Source of the DNA: Bacteroidota bacterium
Lineage (GTDB): Bacteria; Bacteroidota; Bacteroidia; B-17B0; Aurantibacillaceae
Direction: 5' to 3'
DNA: 64,000 nucleotides
NCBI GenBank assembly: GCA_040386075.1
Contig: JAZKGE010000027.1
Location: forward strand, 171,403-235,402
Part shown: one piece after another, positions 18,668-29,073 of the stretch
Numbering within the stretch: the first letter of the stretch is position 1
How the letters are laid out: every line of letters begins with the position of its first letter
Notes under the pieces: model-generated
Database searches by the model: none
What the model saw: the letters and a program-made list of their open reading frames with translations, nothing else
Told to the model about the DNA's origin: nothing
Position numbers and translations under genes: made by a program

Positions 18668-21169
18668 ATGAAACACCTGTTATTAATCGTTGCCCTTTTT
18701 ATTGGTTTAATTGCTAATGCCCAGATGCCTGGTATGCCAAAAGGCATGAAGGATCCTAAACTAGGCCGGGTATTTGGTAAAGTATTAGATGCCAATACCG
18801 GAAAACCCGTGGAGTATGCTTCAGTACAGGTGTTATGGTTTAATAAAGACAGTCTTTTAGGTGGAGGCTTAGTAAAAGAAAACGGTGATTTTGCTGTGGA
18901 AGGGTTGCCATCTTTTGGACAGGTGAGAGTGAGGATTAAATTCATTGGTTATAAAGATCATACTCAAAAAGTATTTATTGTTCCACCTGATAAAGTTGAT
19001 CAGGATCTGGGGAACATCAAATTGGCAGTTGATGATAAATTATTAAGCGAGGTTGAGGTAACTGCCGAAAAAAGTGCGGTTGTATTATCTATTGATAAAA
19101 GAACCTATAATGTGGAAAAAGATCTTTCGGTAAAGGGAGGAACTGCTGTTGATGTGATGAAGAATATTCCCGGATTAACCGTTGATGCTGATGGAAATGT
19201 GCAACTGAGAAATCAATCACCGATGATCTATGTGGATGGAAGACCAACTACATTGACTTTACAACAAATACCGGCCGATCAGATCGATAGGGTAGAGATC
19301 ATTACAAATCCATCCGTTAAGTTCGATGCCAGTGCAACAGGTGGTGTGTTGAATGTGGTAATGAAGAAAAACGGCAAACCGGGTTATAACGGAATGGTTA
19401 TGGCCTATGTTGGAACCGGAGACCGATACGGTGGAATGGCTAATATTAATGTTAAGCAGGGAAAATGGAATACCTCATTGATGTATTCTTTTAACCAGGC
19501 GATCAACAATACAACAGGTTTTACAAAAAGAACTCAATTAGATAGTGGAATTGTCACGGGACATTATAATCAGGATAACACCACCCGAATGATGAATTTG
19601 TTCAACTTCGGTAGATTAGGAATTGATTATAATATTGATAACAGAAATACGATCTCTTTGAATGGAATGATCGTTGCCGGAGAATTTAAGACTAATGACA
19701 AACAAGATTACAATGCTGATTACACAGTGCCAGTTTATTTTGCCCTTAATGGAGAGCAAGTAAACAAACAGCAGGCAGCTTTTCAAAATTATAATGCCCA
19801 ATTATTGTATAAAAAAACGTTCCCAAAAGTAGGTAAGGAATTAACAATCGACGGTAATTATAATTACACAACCTCGAAGAATGGTTATTTGTTTGCGAGA
19901 ACTACGATAATGAATGATACACTTTCACTTCCTGCATTTTATCAGAAAAATGAAGGGACAACAACAGCTAATCAATTTGTATTGCAGTCTGATTATGTGA
20001 ATCCAATTTCGGACACTAAAAAATTTGAGGCTGGTATCAAGGCTTTTTATAAAAACTCTATAAGTACTAATAATACGAGCGTTGCCTTAGGAAGCGAAGA
20101 TAGCTATGAAAGAGATAGTGTGATGAGTAATCGCTACGTGATCGATGATATGGTAAATGCAGCCTATGTGAATTACAGTGCTAAAACTTTTTGGGATATT
20201 GGTTACCAGGCCGGTTTGCGTTTCGAACAATCTTATTATGCAGGGCATATAACCGATAAGAAACAAAATTTCTCATATAGCTATCCGTCAACAGGCGACG
20301 ATATTTTGAAGTCCTTGTTTCCGGCAATTTACTTTTCTAAAAAATTGAAAAAAAGTCAGGAAGTACAATTGAATTTTAGTAGAAAAATTCAACGCCCTAA
20401 CTTTTTTCAGTTAATGCCGTTTGTAATGTTTGCTGATAAGCAAAACTACCGTATAGGTAACCCTCAGCTAAAACCTGAATTTAAAAATATTGCTGAAGCA
20501 AATTATAACAAGATCCTTTCTAAAGGTAGTTATTTGGCATCGGGTTATTTCCGCTACGAAGAACAGCCAATAACAGACGTTGCCTATCCTTCGCCTTCTG
20601 ATCCTACAGTGTTGATCAATACATCTATTAATGGTGATAATGCTATCCGTTATGGTTTAGAGAATACGTTTAAATGGACCTTCTTTAAAAATTTAGATTG
20701 GACCGTAAACGCAAATGCCTATTACATTTACATCAAAGGAAAAATTGTTCCAACCGAACCGGAAGTAAAAACGGAAGGATATGCCTGGAATGCTAAAACA
20801 ACCCTTTCTTATAAATTCCCTAAAAATATTACTTTACAGGTAAATGGTAATTATGAGTCGCCAAAGATCTTATTATTAGGTGTATCTAACGAGATCTATT
20901 CAATGGATATTTCATTAAACTATATGTACAAAACCAAATGGATCTTTAATGCTACATTAAGTGATGTGTTTAATACACGCCGAATGGGAACCCATTATGA
21001 AACACCTTATTACGAACAGGATCTGTCGAGAAGACGTGAATCGCGTTATTTCCGTTTTACAGTAACTTACCTGTTTGGTAAAATGGATGCATCTATCTTT
21101 AAACGCGGTAAGCAAATGAAGAACATGGGTGGACAGGAAGGAAACCAGGATGGTCTGGATTTCAAATAG
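18668..21169 (+). CDS. TonB-dependent-receptor-like outer-membrane beta-barrel protein with carboxypeptidase-regulatory-like N-domain
   Basis: GRVFGKVLDANTGKPVEYASVQV (CarbopepD_reg-like). Plug-like DVMKNIPGLTVDADGNVQLRNQSPMIYVDGRP. Long beta-rich C-terminus with the aromatic motif YLFGKM about 30 residues from the C-terminus. No SusD partner adjacent. Confidence 0.8.
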   Translation: MKHLLLIVALFIGLIANAQMPGMPKGMKDPKLGRVFGKVLDANTGKPVEYASVQVLWFNKDSLLGGGLVKENGDFAVEGLPSFGQVRVRIKFIGYKDHTQKVFIVPPDKVDQDLGNIKLAVDDKLLSEVEVTAEKSAVVLSIDKRTYNVEKDLSVKGGTAVDVMKNIPGLTVDADGNVQLRNQSPMIYVDGRPTTLTLQQIPADQIDRVEIITNPSVKFDASATGGVLNVVMKKNGKPGYNGMVMAYVGTGDRYGGMANINVKQGKWNTSLMYSFNQAINNTTGFTKRTQLDSGIVTGHYNQDNTTRMMNLFNFGRLGIDYNIDNRNTISLNGMIVAGEFKTNDKQDYNADYTVPVYFALNGEQVNKQQAAFQNYNAQLLYKKTFPKVGKELTIDGNYNYTTSKNGYLFARTTIMNDTLSLPAFYQKNEGTTTANQFVLQSDYVNPISDTKKFEAGIKAFYKNSISTNNTSVALGSEDSYERDSVMSNRYVIDDMVNAAYVNYSAKTFWDIGYQAGLRFEQSYYAGHITDKKQNFSYSYPSTGDDILKSLFPAIYFSKKLKKSQEVQLNFSRKIQRPNFFQLMPFVMFADKQNYRIGNPQLKPEFKNIAEANYNKILSKGSYLASGYFRYEEQPITDVAYPSPSDPTVLINTSINGDNAIRYGLENTFKWTFFKNLDWTVNANAYYIYIKGKIVPTEPEVKTEGYAWNAKTTLSYKFPKNITLQVNGNYESPKILLLGVSNEIYSMDISLNYMYKTKWIFNATLSDVFNTRRMGTHYETPYYEQDLSRRRESRYFRFTVTYLFGKMDASIFKRGKQMKNMGGQEGNQDGLDFK

Positions 21170-21339
21170 ATTCTTCCGATCTGTAAATTATTTTCCGGTA
21201 TTTTAATGAATAACAGATGCTTATTATTCATATAAGCTATTTCCTTGGCAAAAGCGGCTGATAGACGTAATTTATAAATAGATAAACGGTTTTATAACCT
21301 TAGCAATTTTGGTTATATTCGTTACATAATATTTATAAT

Positions 21340-24294
21340 ATGATCCAATTGAAATCCTTTTTGCCCCTGGCTTTAGCACTTGTTATTGTACAGGCTAATG
21401 CTCAAACTAAACCAACCACCAAGCCAACTGCTAAAGATGGCTCTCCGGTTCCTTCTCTCAATTTTGAGTATGCTTTGAACGATCCGTTTAAAGCCCGGAT
21501 ATATACATTGAAGAACGGCATGAAAGTATACATGAGTGTTTATAAAAACGCACCTCGTATACAAACCTATATTGCTGTTAGGGCAGGTAGTAAAAATGAT
21601 CCTTCAACAGCTACAGGCTTGGCACATTACCTGGAGCATATGGTATTTAAAGGAACAGATAAATTTGGCACCAAAGATTTTGCTAAAGAATCAGTAGAAT
21701 TGACAAAGATCGAGAACCTTTATGAAACTTACCGCCAAACTAAAGACGAAGGACAACGTAAAAAAATATATCATCAGATCGACAGTATTTCAGGTGTTGC
21801 AGCAAAATACGCTATTGCAAACGAGTACGATAAAATGTTAGCCGGTATTGGCGGGCAAGGAACTAATGCATTTACATCTTTCGATCAAACGGTTTATGTA
21901 AATGATATTCCTTCGAATCAATTAGAGAACTGGTTGAAGATAGAGTCAGAGCGTTACCGTAAACCGGTTCTACGTTTATTCCATACTGAGTTAGAGGCAG
22001 TATATGAAGAAAAGAACAGGGGTCTTGACAGTGATAACAGCAAATTATGGGAGGCGATATTTTCTGGCCTATTCAAAAATCATAACTACGGTAAGCAAAC
22101 AACAATTGGTACAATTGACCATTTAAAAAATCCTTCAATGAAGGAAATTATGAAATACTATAACACCAATTATGTTCCAAATAACATGGCTATTTGTTTA
22201 AGTGGTGATTTTGATCCGGATGCTACTATTAAATTGATCGAAAAGAATTTTGGTACAATGCCTTCTAAGCCTGTAGCGCCCTATACTTTTGAAAAAGAAG
22301 CGCCAATTACTGAAAAGATAGTTAAAGAGATCATCGGGCCTGATGCAGCAAATTTAGCAATGGCCTGGCGTTTTGCTGGTACAGGAAGTAAGGATGCAGA
22401 CATGATCACTTTAATTAATTTATTGTTATCAAACGGTAGCGCGGGTTTATTGGATCTGAATTTAAATCAACAACAAAAAGTATTGAATAGTGGTAGTTAC
22501 TCATATGTACTGAAAGATTATGCTACTCATATTTTATTTGCCGAACCAAAAGAAGGACAAACTTTAGAAGAAGCGGAAAAACTATTGTACGGCCAGCTTG
22601 AATTGCTTAAGAAAGGCGAATTCCCTGATTGGTTAATGAATGCAGTGATAACTGATATGAAATTAAAGAAGACAAAAGATCTGGAAGATAATCAGTCTCG
22701 CGCCATGGAATTTGTAGATGCATTTATTAACGATACAAAATGGCAGCAATCAGTTAATGAAGTGGAACGTTTATCAAAGATCACAAAACAGGAAGTCATG
22801 GATTTTACCAAAGCTAACTATAATGAAAATAATTATGTAGTAGTTTACAAGAAAATTGGTGAAGACAAGAATATTCAAAAAGTTGAAAAACCACAGATCA
22901 CACCTGTTGAAGTGAATAGAGATGATCAATCTCCATTTGTGAAAAATATCTTAAGCAATAAAACGGCTGATATGCAGCCAAAGTTCATTGATTATGAAAA
23001 GGATGTGATGAGAACAACCATGAATGGCAATATTCCTGTACTTTATGGTCAGAATACAGAGAATCAGTTGTTTGACCTTTACTATGCTTTTGATATGGGA
23101 ACCAACAACGATAAAACATTGCCCATTGCCATTAATTACATTTCCTATTTAGGAACCAGTAAAATGACTCCTGCCGAAGTACAACAGGAATTTTATAAAT
23201 TAGGTTGTTCATTCAATGTATTTAATTCTGATAATCAAACATGGGTAAGCTTAACGGGCCTCAACGAAAATTTTGAAAAGGCAACTGCTCTATTTGAAGG
23301 TTTATTTGCAGATCCTAAAGTAGATGAAGCAACACTTAAAAATTTAATATCCGACATTTTAAAAAAGCGTAGCGATGCTAAACAGGAAAAGCGTACGATC
23401 CTTCAAAAAATGATGGTAAACTATGCAAAGTATGGTTCGTCAAACCCAGCTACTAATATTTTATCTGAAGAAGAATTAATGAAATTACAACCGGCGCAGA
23501 TCGCTGAATTGATCAAATCGTTAATGACCTATCAACATAAGATATTATACTATGGTCCAAAATTGATCGGCGATGTAAAGGAAGCGTTGAATACAGTTCA
23601 TACAGTTCCGGCAGCAGGATTAAAGCCTGTTCCTGCAGAGGCAAATTTTGTAACTCAGCCTTTTAATAATACGATATACGTTGTGGATTACGATATGAAA
23701 CAAGCTGAGATCGTTATATTAACAGAAGGAGAAAAGTATGATGCTAAAAACACACCTTTGATCAGTATGTATAACGAATATTTTGGTGGAGGAATGAGCT
23801 CTGTTGTATTTCAGGACCTGAGAGAGTCTAAAGCCCTTGCGTATTCTTGCTATTCAACTTACAGAAGACCAAGCGACCCAAAATTGCCGTATTATAATTT
23901 CTCTTATATAGGTTCGCAATGCGATAAATTACCTGAGGCTATGTCGGGCATGATGAATTTATTAAATAACGTTCCTAAGTCTGATATTGCTTTTGGGGCC
24001 GCTAAGGAAGCTATTTTGCAGGATATTAAAACACAGCGTATTAATAAGGCAGAGATATTGTTTGATTATTTGAACGCTGAAAAATTTGGCTTAAAAACAG
24101 ATATCAGAAAAGATATTTACTCAAATGTTACTACCATGACATATGATGACGTGAAAAAGTTCCAGGATGATAAGATCAAGAATAAGCCTTCTACAGTATT
24201 GGTTTTAGGTAAAAAAGATATGCTGGATATTAAAACACTTGAAAAGTATGGCACGGTCAAGTACCTGACCCTAAAAGACGTTTTTGGATATTAG
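21340..24294 (+). CDS. M16-family (pitrilysin/insulinase-like) zinc peptidase, two-module, secreted
   Basis: Signal peptide. Inverted zinc motif HYLEHMVFKGT (HxxEH). The 984-aa length fits a fused active plus inactive half. Confidence 0.85.
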   Translation: MIQLKSFLPLALALVIVQANAQTKPTTKPTAKDGSPVPSLNFEYALNDPFKARIYTLKNGMKVYMSVYKNAPRIQTYIAVRAGSKNDPSTATGLAHYLEHMVFKGTDKFGTKDFAKESVELTKIENLYETYRQTKDEGQRKKIYHQIDSISGVAAKYAIANEYDKMLAGIGGQGTNAFTSFDQTVYVNDIPSNQLENWLKIESERYRKPVLRLFHTELEAVYEEKNRGLDSDNSKLWEAIFSGLFKNHNYGKQTTIGTIDHLKNPSMKEIMKYYNTNYVPNNMAICLSGDFDPDATIKLIEKNFGTMPSKPVAPYTFEKEAPITEKIVKEIIGPDAANLAMAWRFAGTGSKDADMITLINLLLSNGSAGLLDLNLNQQQKVLNSGSYSYVLKDYATHILFAEPKEGQTLEEAEKLLYGQLELLKKGEFPDWLMNAVITDMKLKKTKDLEDNQSRAMEFVDAFINDTKWQQSVNEVERLSKITKQEVMDFTKANYNENNYVVVYKKIGEDKNIQKVEKPQITPVEVNRDDQSPFVKNILSNKTADMQPKFIDYEKDVMRTTMNGNIPVLYGQNTENQLFDLYYAFDMGTNNDKTLPIAINYISYLGTSKMTPAEVQQEFYKLGCSFNVFNSDNQTWVSLTGLNENFEKATALFEGLFADPKVDEATLKNLISDILKKRSDAKQEKRTILQKMMVNYAKYGSSNPATNILSEEELMKLQPAQIAELIKSLMTYQHKILYYGPKLIGDVKEALNTVHTVPAAGLKPVPAEANFVTQPFNNTIYVVDYDMKQAEIVILTEGEKYDAKNTPLISMYNEYFGGGMSSVVFQDLRESKALAYSCYSTYRRPSDPKLPYYNFSYIGSQCDKLPEAMSGMMNLLNNVPKSDIAFGAAKEAILQDIKTQRINKAEILFDYLNAEKFGLKTDIRKDIYSNVTTMTYDDVKKFQDDKIKNKPSTVLVLGKKDMLDIKTLEKYGTVKYLTLKDVFGY

Positions 24295-24302
24295 AACCAA
24301 TC

Positions 24303-24335
24303 AAAGCCTCTATCATCGATAGAGGCTTTTTTTAT
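24303..24335 (+). terminator. rho-independent terminator
   Basis: AAAGCCTCTAT-catcg-ATAGAGGCTTT followed by a T-run. Confidence 0.7.
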
Positions 24336-24407
24336 GTTAGACTTTTTGAAAAAGAAATTTCGTAAATCCGAAATAAAATGACAATTTTAAAGTAAAAGTA
24401 TTATTTA

Positions 24408-26690
24408 ATGAAAATTGGAATCAAATTAACTATTATCTTTTTTTTAATTGCCTTCCTCTCAATGTTGGTTGTTGGGATCATTAGTTATAAGCAGGCTAAA
24501 GCTTCTTTTGAGATCGAAAGTTTTAACAGGTTAACTGCAGTTAGAGAAGCTGAAGCAAATCAGATCACAGATTACTTTCAGCAAATAAAAGATGAGTTGA
24601 GTACAATGGCCGAAGATCCTTCTATGATAGATGCCATGAAAGGTTTTAAGTATGGTTTCGATCATATACATGAAGAATTGAATCTGGATCATCAAACATT
24701 TGAACGTTCAAGAAATCACATTGAAAAATATATTGACACCATTGTATTACCAAAACTTAATGGTGGATATTCAAAAAAAGTAAGTAAAGAAGAGGTTGTA
24801 AATTATACTAATAAGAATGCAAATTTTCTCCAGGATCAGTTCATGGTTTCCAATAACCTACCAATTGGTTCAAAGCATTTGCTTGATTCAATTGATCACA
24901 AATGCACTTATAATGCAGTTCATAAAAAATATCATCCCGTTATTCGCCATTTCCTTGACCGATTCGGATATTATGACGTCTTTTTAATTGATCATGTAAC
25001 AGGAAATGTTGTTTATACCATTTATAAAGAGTTTGATTTTGGATCTTCTCTGCTAACCGGACCTTTCAGTAAAACTAATTTTGCTGATTGCTTTAATAAA
25101 GCCCGTGTTATCAAAAACAAAGGAGAAGTTAACCTGGTTGACTTTTCTGCCTACCTACCCTCATATAACGAACGCGCTTCTTTTATAGCCTGTCCTATTT
25201 TTGAAGGAAATGAAATGATTGGTGTCCTTGCCTTTCAAATGCCCATTGATAAGATCAATAATATTATGACCAGCAATCATCAATGGGCAAAAGTTGGATT
25301 AGAAAAAACCGGCGAAACTTATCTTATTGGAGAAGATTTTAAACTAAGAAATCAATCAAGGTTTTTAATTGAAGACAGCACAAATTATTTTAAGATGTTA
25401 ACTAAAATTGGAACTGATGATGCAACCATCGCGAACATTAAAAATTTCCATAGCACTATTGGGTTACAGGAAGTAAAAACAGAAGGAACAATAGATGCTT
25501 TAGCGGGAAATACGGGAACAAAGATCTTTAATGATTACAGGGGAGTTCCGGTGCTATCGTCCTATAAGCCGTTAAAAATATTGGGAATGAATTGGGCTAT
25601 TATGAGCGAGATCGATGAAGAGGAAGCGTTTTCACATGTAGTAACTTTGCGGAACCATATTATCGAAGGCTTTATTGTTTTGTTGGTGATCATACTTTTT
25701 GTATCTTATTTTGTGTCGAAACAAATAACAAAGCCACTCAAGGAATTAACAATTGATGCTGCAGAAATAGCTAATGGCAATTTCGATGTTGTGTTAAATA
25801 CAAACACCAAAGATGAAATTGGAGTATTGGCAGATGGTTTCAGAAAAATGCAGGTATCTATCAGTAATTTAGTGCATGGTCTGGAAGATACAGTAAGAGC
25901 AAGAACTGCCGAAGTTGTATTACAAAAAGATATAATCGAAGAAAAGCAAAAGGAAGTATTGGATAGTATTAATTATGCTAAACGTATCCAGTATACATTA
26001 TTAGCCAATGATAATTTTATCAGAAAATTCCTTAAAGATCATTTTGTGATATTTAAACCTAAAGATATTGTAAGTGGAGATTTTTACTGGGCAACTAAAA
26101 CTGATAATAAATTTTACCTGGCCGTGTGCGATAGTACGGGCCATGGTGTTCCGGGAGCTTTTATGAGTTTGTTAAATATTTCTTTTTTAAATGAAGCTAT
26201 CAACCAGAAAAAAATTGAAGAACCAAACAAAGTACTGGATTATGTGAGGCAACGACTTATAAAGAATATCTCAAAAGACGGAGGGCAAGATGGTATGGAT
26301 GCTATCTTATTATGTTTTGATCTTGAAACGAAAGAAGTTACGTATGCTGCAGCTAATAATGCACCAATAATCATCAGAGAGGGAACTATCATTGAATATG
26401 AAGCAGATAAAATGCCGGTAGGGATTGGTGTGCGTAACGAGCCATTCAGACTGTTTAAAATAGATGCATTCAAAGATGATGTTATTTTAGTTTATACAGA
26501 TGGGTTTGCCGATCAGTTTGGAGGACCTAAGGGCAAGAAATTTAAATACAAACAACTAAAAGAAAATTTAATTATCAATCATCAGTTATCTTTATCTGAA
26601 CAAAAGGAGAAACTTGTAACTGTTTTTGAGAGTTGGAAAGGAGACCTGGAACAAGTAGATGATGTGTGTGTAATTGGAATTAGAATGTAA
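24408..26690 (+). CDS. membrane sensor: Cache-like periplasmic domain + HAMP + PP2C/SpoIIE serine phosphatase
   Basis: Two TM segments flank an approx 380-aa extracytoplasmic domain. HAMP-like KPLKELTIDAAEIANGNFDV...DEIGVLADGFRKM. PP2C motifs SGDFYWA, CDSTGHGVPGAFMS, YTDGFADQFGG. Confidence 0.8.
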   Translation: MKIGIKLTIIFFLIAFLSMLVVGIISYKQAKASFEIESFNRLTAVREAEANQITDYFQQIKDELSTMAEDPSMIDAMKGFKYGFDHIHEELNLDHQTFERSRNHIEKYIDTIVLPKLNGGYSKKVSKEEVVNYTNKNANFLQDQFMVSNNLPIGSKHLLDSIDHKCTYNAVHKKYHPVIRHFLDRFGYYDVFLIDHVTGNVVYTIYKEFDFGSSLLTGPFSKTNFADCFNKARVIKNKGEVNLVDFSAYLPSYNERASFIACPIFEGNEMIGVLAFQMPIDKINNIMTSNHQWAKVGLEKTGETYLIGEDFKLRNQSRFLIEDSTNYFKMLTKIGTDDATIANIKNFHSTIGLQEVKTEGTIDALAGNTGTKIFNDYRGVPVLSSYKPLKILGMNWAIMSEIDEEEAFSHVVTLRNHIIEGFIVLLVIILFVSYFVSKQITKPLKELTIDAAEIANGNFDVVLNTNTKDEIGVLADGFRKMQVSISNLVHGLEDTVRARTAEVVLQKDIIEEKQKEVLDSINYAKRIQYTLLANDNFIRKFLKDHFVIFKPKDIVSGDFYWATKTDNKFYLAVCDSTGHGVPGAFMSLLNISFLNEAINQKKIEEPNKVLDYVRQRLIKNISKDGGQDGMDAILLCFDLETKEVTYAAANNAPIIIREGTIIEYEADKMPVGIGVRNEPFRLFKIDAFKDDVILVYTDGFADQFGGPKGKKFKYKQLKENLIINHQLSLSEQKEKLVTVFESWKGDLEQVDDVCVIGIRM

Positions 26691-26710
26691 GTACAGAATA
26701 GTGCTCAATA

Positions 26711-26746
26711 AAAAATCCCACTCAGCTCGAGTGGGATTTTTTATTG
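26711..26746. terminator. bidirectional terminator between convergent genes
   Basis: AAAAATCCCACTC-agctc-GAGTGGGATTTTT, with A-run and T-run flanks serving both strands. Confidence 0.7.
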
Positions 26747-26749
26747 AAT

Positions 26750-28024
26750 TTAGTCTTTAAACAAAGGATATTTACTCATCATTGTGTTAATCTTCGTTTT
26801 CAATTTAGCCAGTTCTTTTGGATTGTCTTTGTTCTTTAAAGCAGCATCAATATAATCTACTACCTTCAGGCAGTCTTTTTCCTTGAGTCCGCGGCTTGTA
26901 ATAGCAGGTGTGCCAATACGGATGCCTGAGGTAACAAATGGAGATTTGTCATCAAAGGGAACCATATTCTTGTTTACTGTAATATCAGCTTCACCTAAAG
27001 CTTTCTCAGCTTCTTTACCGGTTAATCCTTTACTGCGTAGATCAATTAACATACAGTGATTGTCTGTTCCGCCTGAAATAATTTTATAACCTTTTTCTAT
27101 TAATGCTTTTGCCATTGTTTGTGCATTTTTGATGACCTGCACACAATATAACATATACTCATCACTTAAGCATTCGGCATATGCTACTGCTTTAGCAGCG
27201 ATCACATGCTCTAACGGGCCACCTTGGGTTCCCGGGAAAACAGCCATGTCTAAACAGGCACTCATCATTTTCAATTCTCCTTTAGGTGTTTTTTCTCCCA
27301 TTGGATTTTCAAAATCCTTGCCAATCATGATCATTCCACCTCTTGGTCCGCGTAATGTTTTGTGAGTAGTAGTAGTTACAATATGACAATGAGGTAATGG
27401 GTCGTTTAAAATACCTTTTGCAATTAAACCTGATGGGTGAGAAATATCAGCCATCAGTAAAGCCCCAACACTATCCGCTATTTTACGTAAGCGGACATAA
27501 TCCCAATCGCGGGAATAAGCAGATGCCCCACAAATGATCAATTTTGGTTTTTCTTTTTTAGCAGTTTCCTCAACTTTATCATAGTTTACTTGCCCTGTTT
27601 TTTCTTCAACACCATAAAATGTGGCGCGGTATAATTTACCCGAAAAGTTAACAGGAGAACCATGGGTTAAATGCCCACCATGCGACAAGTCAAAACCTAA
27701 AATAGTATCGCCTGGTTTCAAGCAAGCCAGCATAACAGCGGCATTTGCCTGTGCACCAGAATGGGGTTGTACGTTTACCCAAACTGCCCCAAACAACTCT
27801 TTTGCCCTGTCAATAGCAATTTGTTCTACTTTATCCACTACTTCACAACCGCCATAATAACGTTTGTTAGGCAGGCCTTCTGCGTATTTATTTGTTAAAA
27901 CGCTTCCCATTGCTTTCATAACCTGATCGCTTACGTAATTTTCGCTGGCAATCAGCTCAATTCCACGGGTTTGACGGTCTTTTTCTTCTTTAATAAGTTT
28001 AAAAATCGCAGTGTCTTTTTTCAT
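26750..28024 (-). CDS. glyA: serine hydroxymethyltransferase
   Basis: [26 protein letters not shown] and [14 protein letters not shown] (PLP-Lys motif) are all classic SHMT signatures. 424 aa. Confidence 0.95.
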   Translation of the reverse strand: MKKDTAIFKLIKEEKDRQTRGIELIASENYVSDQVMKAMGSVLTNKYAEGLPNKRYYGGCEVVDKVEQIAIDRAKELFGAVWVNVQPHSGAQANAAVMLACLKPGDTILGFDLSHGGHLTHGSPVNFSGKLYRATFYGVEEKTGQVNYDKVEETAKKEKPKLIICGASAYSRDWDYVRLRKIADSVGALLMADISHPSGLIAKGILNDPLPHCHIVTTTTHKTLRGPRGGMIMIGKDFENPMGEKTPKGELKMMSACLDMAVFPGTQGGPLEHVIAAKAVAYAECLSDEYMLYCVQVIKNAQTMAKALIEKGYKIISGGTDNHCMLIDLRSKGLTGKEAEKALGEADITVNKNMVPFDDKSPFVTSGIRIGTPAITSRGLKEKDCLKVVDYIDAALKNKDNPKELAKLKTKINTMMSKYPLFKD

Positions 28025-28033
28025 AGTATATAA

Positions 28034-28507
28034 TTATTCAGGTTGAAATTTAGTGTAGAGTTTGGCAGAAGCAATAATAAAAAAAGCTACTAAAGGCGAC
28101 TGAGCAATACCCATTAGCCAACGGCTAAAAGTATATTCATCTCCATTTAATTGATTATTTATGATATAGTTACAAGCCATTGAAATACCCGACAAAACTA
28201 ACAATATTGCGTATATATAAATAACCCATCGCGCATTTTTTTTATCAGCACAGATCAATTTGACGGCAAAATAGCCTGTAAACAGATAAGCTAAAAAGTA
28301 CAATATAGTTAGGGGGTATTTTAGATAATAGAGCGTTGAGTAATCAAAATGTGTGATAAGCTCTAAACAGGGAGGTATTTTTATGTCTTCATTGTGATAA
28401 TATAATTTGAATAGCTGGTTGTTAATGTTTACAAACAAGAACTCCCGGCTAAAACCTAAAAAGGCAAAAAGGCTAATGAATATGATATATTTAAGGCTTC
28501 TTTTCAC
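28034..28507 (-). CDS. exosortase F system-associated membrane protein (candidate)
   Basis: 157-aa protein with 4 predicted TM segments. Its start overlaps the 3' end of the xrtF-like gene by 17 nt. Size and position match my memory of the XrtF-associated family. No motif-level proof. Confidence 0.55.
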   Translation of the reverse strand: MKRSLKYIIFISLFAFLGFSREFLFVNINNQLFKLYYHNEDIKIPPCLELITHFDYSTLYYLKYPLTILYFLAYLFTGYFAVKLICADKKNARWVIYIYAILLVLSGISMACNYIINNQLNGDEYTFSRWLMGIAQSPLVAFFIIASAKLYTKFQPE

Positions 28508-29033
28508 TTTTTTTTGTACCTGAAAATTTGTTTACCCACAGCATCCATAAGCCAAACACAGCACTATAAGCTATAAAAGTAAAAGTATAAGTGTGATTGA
28601 AATCCAAGTAAGTATAATTGTATTTTGCTATCAGGGCAAGAGCAATGATGCGAAGGATATTGATGGTGTGCACGATCAATATTCCCAATGGCAGATACCA
28701 TGATTTATTTTTAACATTTCCGGGATAGGCAATTACGAATATTGCAAACAAAAACATGAGGGTAATACCGTTACAGGGTCCGCCTATCCATACGCCATTT
28801 GAACCATCAATGCCAAATACTTGAAAATCATTTACCTCTTTACTGGCAAAGGTTTTATAGCCCAAAAGGTCAAAAATCCATTTGCAGATATTTATAATTT
28901 CACGGATGAAAAGCTGATCACCACGTGTATTTCGCTTAATGATAAATTCGTATAAAAAATAGCAAAAACCATATAAAAATGCGGCCTTTAAAATAAAAAA
29001 GTGAAATTTATTGTTTTTGATTTTCGCTAACAT
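28491..29033 (-). CDS. xrtF: exosortase family protein, XrtF-like
   Basis: Polytopic. Candidate catalytic Cys (VWIGGPCNGITLMF), Arg (HTINILRIIAL) and His (LDFNHTY) occur in exosortase order. Start set to Met36 of the track ORF (MLAKIKNN, nt 29033), just after the 29038-29068 terminator. Confidence 0.7.
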   Translation of the reverse strand: MLAKIKNNKFHFFILKAAFLYGFCYFLYEFIIKRNTRGDQLFIREIINICKWIFDLLGYKTFASKEVNDFQVFGIDGSNGVWIGGPCNGITLMFLFAIFVIAYPGNVKNKSWYLPLGILIVHTINILRIIALALIAKYNYTYLDFNHTYTFTFIAYSAVFGLWMLWVNKFSGTKKSEKKP

Positions 29034-29037
29034 AAGT

Positions 29038-29068
29038 AAAAAACCCCCCGCCAGCTGGCGGGGGGTTT
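29038..29068 (-). terminator. strong GC-only rho-independent terminator/attenuator
   Basis: CCCCCCGCCAGCTGGCGGGGGG (perfect 22-nt palindrome, 29044-29065), followed on the minus strand by T6. The xrtF ATG lies 5 nt beyond the T-run. Confidence 0.75.
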
Positions 29069-29073
29069 GGATT

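Noticed and set aside
21207-21230. Hairpin TGAATAA-10 nt-TTATTCA after the TonB-dependent-type receptor as a terminator.
   Set aside because: It has only a 7-bp all-A/T stem with a 10-nt loop and no clear U-tract, so it cannot be told apart from chance in AT-rich intergenic DNA.
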